DNA of 64,000 bases, taken from assembly GCA_050015075.1 (NCBI GenBank), contig JBEKCB010000007.1:64001-128000 (forward strand). The letters are read 5' to 3'. Of this stretch, positions 59,217 to 64,000 are shown piece by piece; position 1 is the stretch's first letter, and each line of letters opens with the position of its first letter. Made by a program: the position numbers and the translations under genes. The notes beneath the pieces are model-generated. The model ran no database searches, had not been told where the DNA came from, and saw only the letters and a list, made by a program, of their open reading frames with translations. Source of the stretch: Candidatus Brocadiia bacterium (GTDB lineage Bacteria > Planctomycetota > Brocadiia > CAIUPP01).

Positions 59217-59222
59217 AGGCAC

Positions 59223-59620
59223 ATTGCCCGCGTGGCCGTGGCGCGCAAGCTGGTGGAGATTTGCTGGATTCTCCTGCGGCCCGGCATCGCGAGCGCGCCG
59301 CTGCATAGCGAGGAAAAGATTCCAGAACGCGCAGCGTACTGCGGGCGACGTGTGCCCAAGGCGGCGTTCGAGGCCCGGTCCAGGGGACTGGCGAGCGCCT
59401 CGCGTTGATGCCGGGGCGGATGCGCCGTTATTATGATTGGGCTGACGCCGCGCGACGAGAATCATGCACGATCCGAGGATGGAATTCGGAGACGGTGCGA
59501 ACCTGTCTGCCGTAGCTTCAGCGAACGCAGATGGGTGTCTGAACGGCACACGAACGGCACATTGAGAGTGAACGGCTTGGGCGAGGGACCGCCCTTGACA
59601 AGAAGACGGTTATGGATGTC
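59223..59620 (+). mobile_element. IS110/IS1111-family relic: transposase C-terminus plus downstream non-coding end
   Basis: IARVAVARKLVEICWILL; ~300 bp of non-coding DNA ending in an outward cttgaca. Confidence 0.55.
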
Positions 59621-59675
59621 GCCGGAGTCCTCAGTGAGGCGCTACCGACATCAGTCGGCAAGGACGCCGGACGGC

Positions 59676-60719
59676 CTATTTTCCGACGACCACGATCATG
59701 AAGCTATCCTTCACCATGGTCTGCGGGTGTCCCGATTTTGGCTCGAATCGCGCCGTCGCCAGATAAACGTTGTGGGTCTTGAGGTCAAGCGCCATCGTTT
59801 GCGCGTTGTCTTCCGTCGGGATGTTCTCCGCCTCAAACTTGCCCGGCGCCGTTTCGCGGGCCACCGTCAGGGTGCCCTCGCCGTTTGAGCTGAAAGCCAC
59901 GCCGGTGCCCGGATCGAACCCATTCGCGTCCACCCACCGGCCGATCGGCACGCAGGCGATCACTTTCCCCGCGCTCACGTCCAGGACGGTCATGATTTTG
60001 TTGCTGCACCCGGAGAAGACGAGATGATGCGCCGCGTCAAGGGCCAGGCCCGAAGGCTTCAGGCCCGGCGCGAGCGGGAAACGCTTCGTCACGACGAGTT
60101 TCGCGCTGTCAATTTCGACGACCTCGCTGGTGCTCACGATGTTCGCATAGACCTTGCCCTGGCCGTCGGCAGAGGCATACTCCGGACAACCGCCGAGCGG
60201 GACCGTGCCGACGACTTCGCCGGAGGCGGCGTCGAACGCGGTGGCGTCATTAGCGTCGCCGTTGAAAGTGAAGACGCGTTTCGAGGCCGGGTCGTAGATG
60301 ATGCAGTCGGGTCCTGCGCCCGTCTTCACTTCGCCGATCACCTTCAGCGTCTTCAAATCGAAAATGGTCGAGGTATTGGCGTCGCCGTTGCTGGTAAATC
60401 CGCGGCCCAATTCGGGCGCGAGCGCGATGCCGTGCACGCCTTGCGTGCCGGGGATGTCGCCGACCACTTTATCGGTCTCGAGGTCCACGACCATCACGTG
60501 GCTGCTGCGCGAGAGGTACAGCCGCCGCGCGGCGCTGTCAATCGTCAGGTAATCCCAGCGCCCCTCGCCGCCGAGCGTCACCTTCTTGATCACGTGATAG
60601 CCCGACGCCGCTCCGTTGCCGCCTTCCGGCGCCGCAATCGCCGGACGCCACATACCGATCCACAGGCACGCCGCCGTCAGCGCCAATCCCGCTTTCAAGG
60701 TTCCAAGTCGCATGGACAT
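59676..60719 (-). CDS. Secreted YncE/YVTN beta-propeller protein
   Basis: Signal peptide; GGEGRWDYL..D, GVHGIA, GPD.I.YDP repeats. Confidence 0.88.
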   Translation of the reverse strand: MSMRLGTLKAGLALTAACLWIGMWRPAIAAPEGGNGAASGYHVIKKVTLGGEGRWDYLTIDSAARRLYLSRSSHVMVVDLETDKVVGDIPGTQGVHGIALAPELGRGFTSNGDANTSTIFDLKTLKVIGEVKTGAGPDCIIYDPASKRVFTFNGDANDATAFDAASGEVVGTVPLGGCPEYASADGQGKVYANIVSTSEVVEIDSAKLVVTKRFPLAPGLKPSGLALDAAHHLVFSGCSNKIMTVLDVSAGKVIACVPIGRWVDANGFDPGTGVAFSSNGEGTLTVARETAPGKFEAENIPTEDNAQTMALDLKTHNVYLATARFEPKSGHPQTMVKDSFMIVVVGK

Positions 60720-61024
60720 TGCTTCTTTCCTCAAAAGACGTTTTTCCCATTTGACCGTCCCTCCGAGGACGGCCGCCTCTCACAAGCGAAATTGTAAGCT
60801 CGAAACGACCGGTGTCAAGGCGACTTCCGACACTTTATCGCCCCTGCAGATCCCGCCGCGGCCTCGGTCAATGCTAGTGACCTCGATACGATTCCAGGCC
60901 TCTCGGATGGTCCACGGTCTCGCCCTCCGTGATACGGATTTGATGCGGAATTCCGTATCAGGGCAAGGCCGGGCTTTCATTCCACCCGCGTCAATCCACG
61001 GGTTTTCCTTACGGGTGCGAGAAA

Positions 61025-61106
61025 TGCGAGGGGCGGGAGTTGAACCCGCATGGATTTCTCCACTGGATCCTAAGTCCAGCGCGTCTGCCAGTTCCGCCAC
61101 CCTCGC
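61025..61106 (-). tRNA. tRNA-Leu(TAG)
   Basis: GCGAGGGTGGCGGAACTGGCAGACGCGCTGGACTTAGGATCCAG...GGGTTCAACTCCCGCCCCTCGCA. Confidence 0.96.
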
Positions 61107-61115
61107 GCTGGCGCG

Positions 61116-61144
61116 ATTCTACTTGATTTTTCTTCGCTTCTCAA
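61116..61144 (-). promoter_or_regulatory. sigma70 promoter of tRNA-Leu
   Basis: TTGAGA-17-TAGAAT followed by a GC-rich discriminator. Confidence 0.75.
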
Positions 61145-61374
61145 TGCCCCGCTTGAAGTTGCGTCCTGTCCCTTGCCGTTCACATCGCATGGGCCCGGCG
61201 CCGGTCCGTCCTCTTCGACGGCCGGCATGGCATCGGCGAAAAAGGCTTGACAAGAGGAAAACGGAAGCGCAAACTACCTCCGGCCGGAGAAACGGAAGTG
61301 GGCTGCTCTGGAGAGAGTCTCTCGCCAGCGTGAGGCGTTTGTCCATTTCACGCTGAACCAGGACGACAACCGCT

Positions 61375-63303
61375 TTGTATGGCATCTCGCACAAGGGTGG
61401 CCCGGAGGTTCAGACCATTGGGCATGGGACGGGTTCAGCGACGGTCCCGGTGCTTCTGAGAAGACTCTGCCCGCAGCATGTCTTCATGCCCGTCTTTTCC
61501 GCACTCTTCCTCATCTCGTTTTTCCTCTACCTCTGGTTACGCATTGATCCCGCGCTGCTTTGGGGTTTCATGCGGTTCCGAGAGTTCCCTTGCTTCCGGA
61601 AGGGCGCGGAGTTCCTCGGAGACTTTCTGCCGTATCCGGGAGGACCGATCGGGTACCTGGCGGCGTTCCTCTCTCAGTTGTACTACTGGTCCTGGCTCGG
61701 CTCGTTGATCGTCACCCTGCTGGGCGGGCTGCTTTGCCTGGCCACTTACGGAGTATTCCAGGCGCTCGGCGGCACCCGCGTGCGCGCTCTTTACTTCGTT
61801 CCGGCAGTCCTCCTCCTGGCGCTTTATAACCTGTACGGCCATCTGCTTGCCGCCGCGCTGGCGTTGCTGGCCGCATTGCTTTTCGTGAATATCTACTCGC
61901 GGTGGGCGCCTCGATCTGCCTGGCTGCGGTTGCCTGCATTCCTGCTTCTGTCCGCCGCCGTCTACTATCTCACGGCGGGCGCGTATCTGGTTTTTGCGGC
62001 ATTATGCGGAATCCTGGAACTCTTGACCCGGCGGCGGCCTTTCCTCGGCGCGTGCTATATCGCGTGTGTCGTGGGAGTTCCCTATCTGGCCGAGAGGTGC
62101 GTCTTCCCCGTCAGCACCGTCGAGGCATCTCTGCGCTTGATTCCCTTCTCTTTGGCGAAAACAGGGCCGATTCCAACTGTCGCGCTTGGCCTGTATCTTT
62201 TCTGCCCCGTTGTTGGATTAGTGATCGCCATCGTGCGCCGATTCGGCGGAGGGCGGTTGCGAGCGACCGAAGGCACGCTCTCTCCGTCCGGTCAACAGTC
62301 GCAGCCGCGCTCCCTGAGAGCGGGGTTCAGGCCGGCGCTCGAATCGCCGCTCCTTCTCATCCTGGCCGCCATCCCGATCTATTTCTCGTTGGACATGGGG
62401 GCGAGGAGATCCCTTCGAATCGAAAGCTGGGCGAGCCAGGGACGGTGGGATCAGATCCTTCGAGAAGCCGAGCACCTCTCGCGCTCGCAATACAATCCGA
62501 CGATCAATTGGGAGGTCAAGCGGGCGCTCTACCACACCGGCCGGATGCCCGAGGGCCTGTTTGAGTATGTCCAATACCCCGGGAGCCTTGTGAGCCTTGT
62601 GCCCACCGCGGGCGGCGAAGCCAGCGACATCTGGATTGAACTGGGAGACGTGGCCGAGGCCGAACACCTGGCGTATGAGACGTTGGAAATAGATGGCGAG
62701 CGGCCGCGGAACCTGCAACGGGTGGCGCTGATCAACATGGTCAAGGGTAAGACGGAGGCCGCGCGCGTCTTCCTGGGCGCCCTCGCGCTGGACCCGGTTT
62801 GCGGGCGCTGGGGAACGCTCGGCCTGGAGCGTTTGGAGGCCGACCCGCAACTCTCCACCGACCCGGAAGTCCAGCGCCTGCGTTTCTTCAGGCCCACACG
62901 AGACACCGTCAAGTTCAATTCCGTGGAAGACAAGCTGTTGGCGCTCCTGGAAGCCAACAGGCGAAATCGAATGGCGTTCGAATACCTGATGAGTCACTAC
63001 CTCCTGTCCCGCCAGCTCGACAAGTTCGCCCTGAACATCCGCCGTCTCGATGATTTTGACTATCCCGCCGTCCCTCGCCTTTACGAGGAGGCAATACTGG
63101 TCTATACGGCCACGACCGGCAAGCAGATTGACCTGAACGGCCGGCGCATCAGGCCGGAGACGCTCGAACGGTTTCAGCGCGTCGGCAACATCCTCGCTTC
63201 TCACGGGAACGACCATGAGGGCGCCCTCAGAGACGTTGCCAGAGACTACGGCGGCAGTTTCTTCTGGTGGTCCCTGGCCATGAGAGGACGGCAACCGGAA
63301 TGA
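61375..63303 (+). CDS. DUF6057-like polytopic membrane protein with TPR-like C-terminus
   Basis: PGG...YLA.FL.Q.YY, many TMs, NRMAFEYLM..YLL..QL, P..Y.EA; start uncertain. Confidence 0.75.
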   Translation: MYGISHKGGPEVQTIGHGTGSATVPVLLRRLCPQHVFMPVFSALFLISFFLYLWLRIDPALLWGFMRFREFPCFRKGAEFLGDFLPYPGGPIGYLAAFLSQLYYWSWLGSLIVTLLGGLLCLATYGVFQALGGTRVRALYFVPAVLLLALYNLYGHLLAAALALLAALLFVNIYSRWAPRSAWLRLPAFLLLSAAVYYLTAGAYLVFAALCGILELLTRRRPFLGACYIACVVGVPYLAERCVFPVSTVEASLRLIPFSLAKTGPIPTVALGLYLFCPVVGLVIAIVRRFGGGRLRATEGTLSPSGQQSQPRSLRAGFRPALESPLLLILAAIPIYFSLDMGARRSLRIESWASQGRWDQILREAEHLSRSQYNPTINWEVKRALYHTGRMPEGLFEYVQYPGSLVSLVPTAGGEASDIWIELGDVAEAEHLAYETLEIDGERPRNLQRVALINMVKGKTEAARVFLGALALDPVCGRWGTLGLERLEADPQLSTDPEVQRLRFFRPTRDTVKFNSVEDKLLALLEANRRNRMAFEYLMSHYLLSRQLDKFALNIRRLDDFDYPAVPRLYEEAILVYTATTGKQIDLNGRRIRPETLERFQRVGNILASHGNDHEGALRDVARDYGGSFFWWSLAMRGRQPE

Positions 63304-64000
63304 GGAAGCGGAAACTCTGCGTGCTGCTGTTCTGCGCCGGCCTGGCGCTATCGGCGGCCGTCCTGTCTTTCCGGCTGCGCCCGCGTGCGAGCGACGTCGC
63401 GAACTGCGCGCCCGTGAACCGGCTTCCGCACATACACCCCGATTATTCCGGAGTCGTCATTCCGCCGAATATCGCGCCCATGAACTTCGTCGTGGAGGAG
63501 CCGGGTGCAGAATACTACGTCAGAATATCATCGAAGCGCGGAGAAGGTATTGACATTTCCTCCAGCACCCCGCGGATCGTGATCCCCTCAAGACCATGGA
63601 AAAGCCTCCTGGCGGCCAATCGCGGGGAGGAACTTCGTTTTGATCTCTGCGTGCGACCGGCCGGCGGCCGGTGGGAGAGGTTTGACAGCGTCATCAACAA
63701 GATCGCACAGGAGGAGGTGGACGGATACCTGGTGTACCGCCTGATCAACCCGGTGCACAACATTCATTCGGTGATGAGCATCCGTCAGCGGAACCTGCAG
63801 GACTTCGACGAATCGGTTCTTCTCGACAGCAGAGATTTCGGCGATCAATGCATGAACTGCCACACGTTCCTCAACAACAGGCCCGACAACATGATCGTGC
63901 AGACGCGCGGCGTCACAGGGGGCATGATCCTCCTGCGCGACGGGACGCTCACGAAGGTGGATACCCGCACGAAGCTCAATCCCGCTCCCGCGGCATTCGT
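63300..64000 (+). CDS. TolB-like/WD40 protein with single CxxCH motif (partial, runs off window)
   Basis: Own translation MRKRKLCVLL...PDYSGVVIPPNIAPMNF...YLVYRLINP...CMNCHTF; ATGA overlap with the upstream gene. Confidence 0.75.
   Translation, partial: MRKRKLCVLLFCAGLALSAAVLSFRLRPRASDVANCAPVNRLPHIHPDYSGVVIPPNIAPMNFVVEEPGAEYYVRISSKRGEGIDISSSTPRIVIPSRPWKSLLAANRGEELRFDLCVRPAGGRWERFDSVINKIAQEEVDGYLVYRLINPVHNIHSVMSIRQRNLQDFDESVLLDSRDFGDQCMNCHTFLNNRPDNMIVQTRGVTGGMILLRDGTLTKVDTRTKLNPAPAAF

Overview
High-GC bacterial window. The host lineage cannot be fixed from sequence alone; the intergenic repeats and the DUF6057/TolB-like gene pair hint at PVC/Planctomycetota (weak inference). Layout: (1) 1-2743, end of a surface-polysaccharide export locus (wzm, wzt, SAM methyltransferase). 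(2) ~3.3-42.3 kb, a ~39-kb block entirely on the minus strand, directly 3' of tRNA-Ser(TGA). It holds a PAS kinase/NarL pair and a complete gas-vesicle cluster (gvpA, C, N, 3x F/L, G, S, K, J, Hsp20, Cdc48-type AAA, a tandem Get3/ArsA ATPase, and a receiver-less sigma54 activator with a -24/-12 promoter before gvpA). This runs into a c-di-GMP signalling array (hybrid PAS kinases, a GGEEF cyclase, three REC-HD-GYP proteins of which one is degenerate, a FliA/WhiG sigma factor, a GAF-PP2C phosphatase) and two orphan pilus motors that both carry c-di-GMP-binding modules (MshEN-PilB, PilZ-PilT). A decayed ~1.1-kb copy of the gvp-regulator promoter region sits in front of the c-di-GMP/pilus genes. 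(3) 42.5-58.2 kb, core-like genes: DUF151 nuclease, tmk, lipoproteins, rhodanese, kdpFABC-[vapBC]-kdpDE, MFS. (4) An islet 3' of tRNA-Leu(TAG) (PIN-domain gene, IS110 relic, YncE propeller), then a DUF6057 membrane protein and a truncated TolB-like CxxCH gene. Best candidate for a new system: a float-versus-attach island coupling gas vesicles to c-di-GMP-gated pilus motors. Family calls come from motif recognition; no database search was run.
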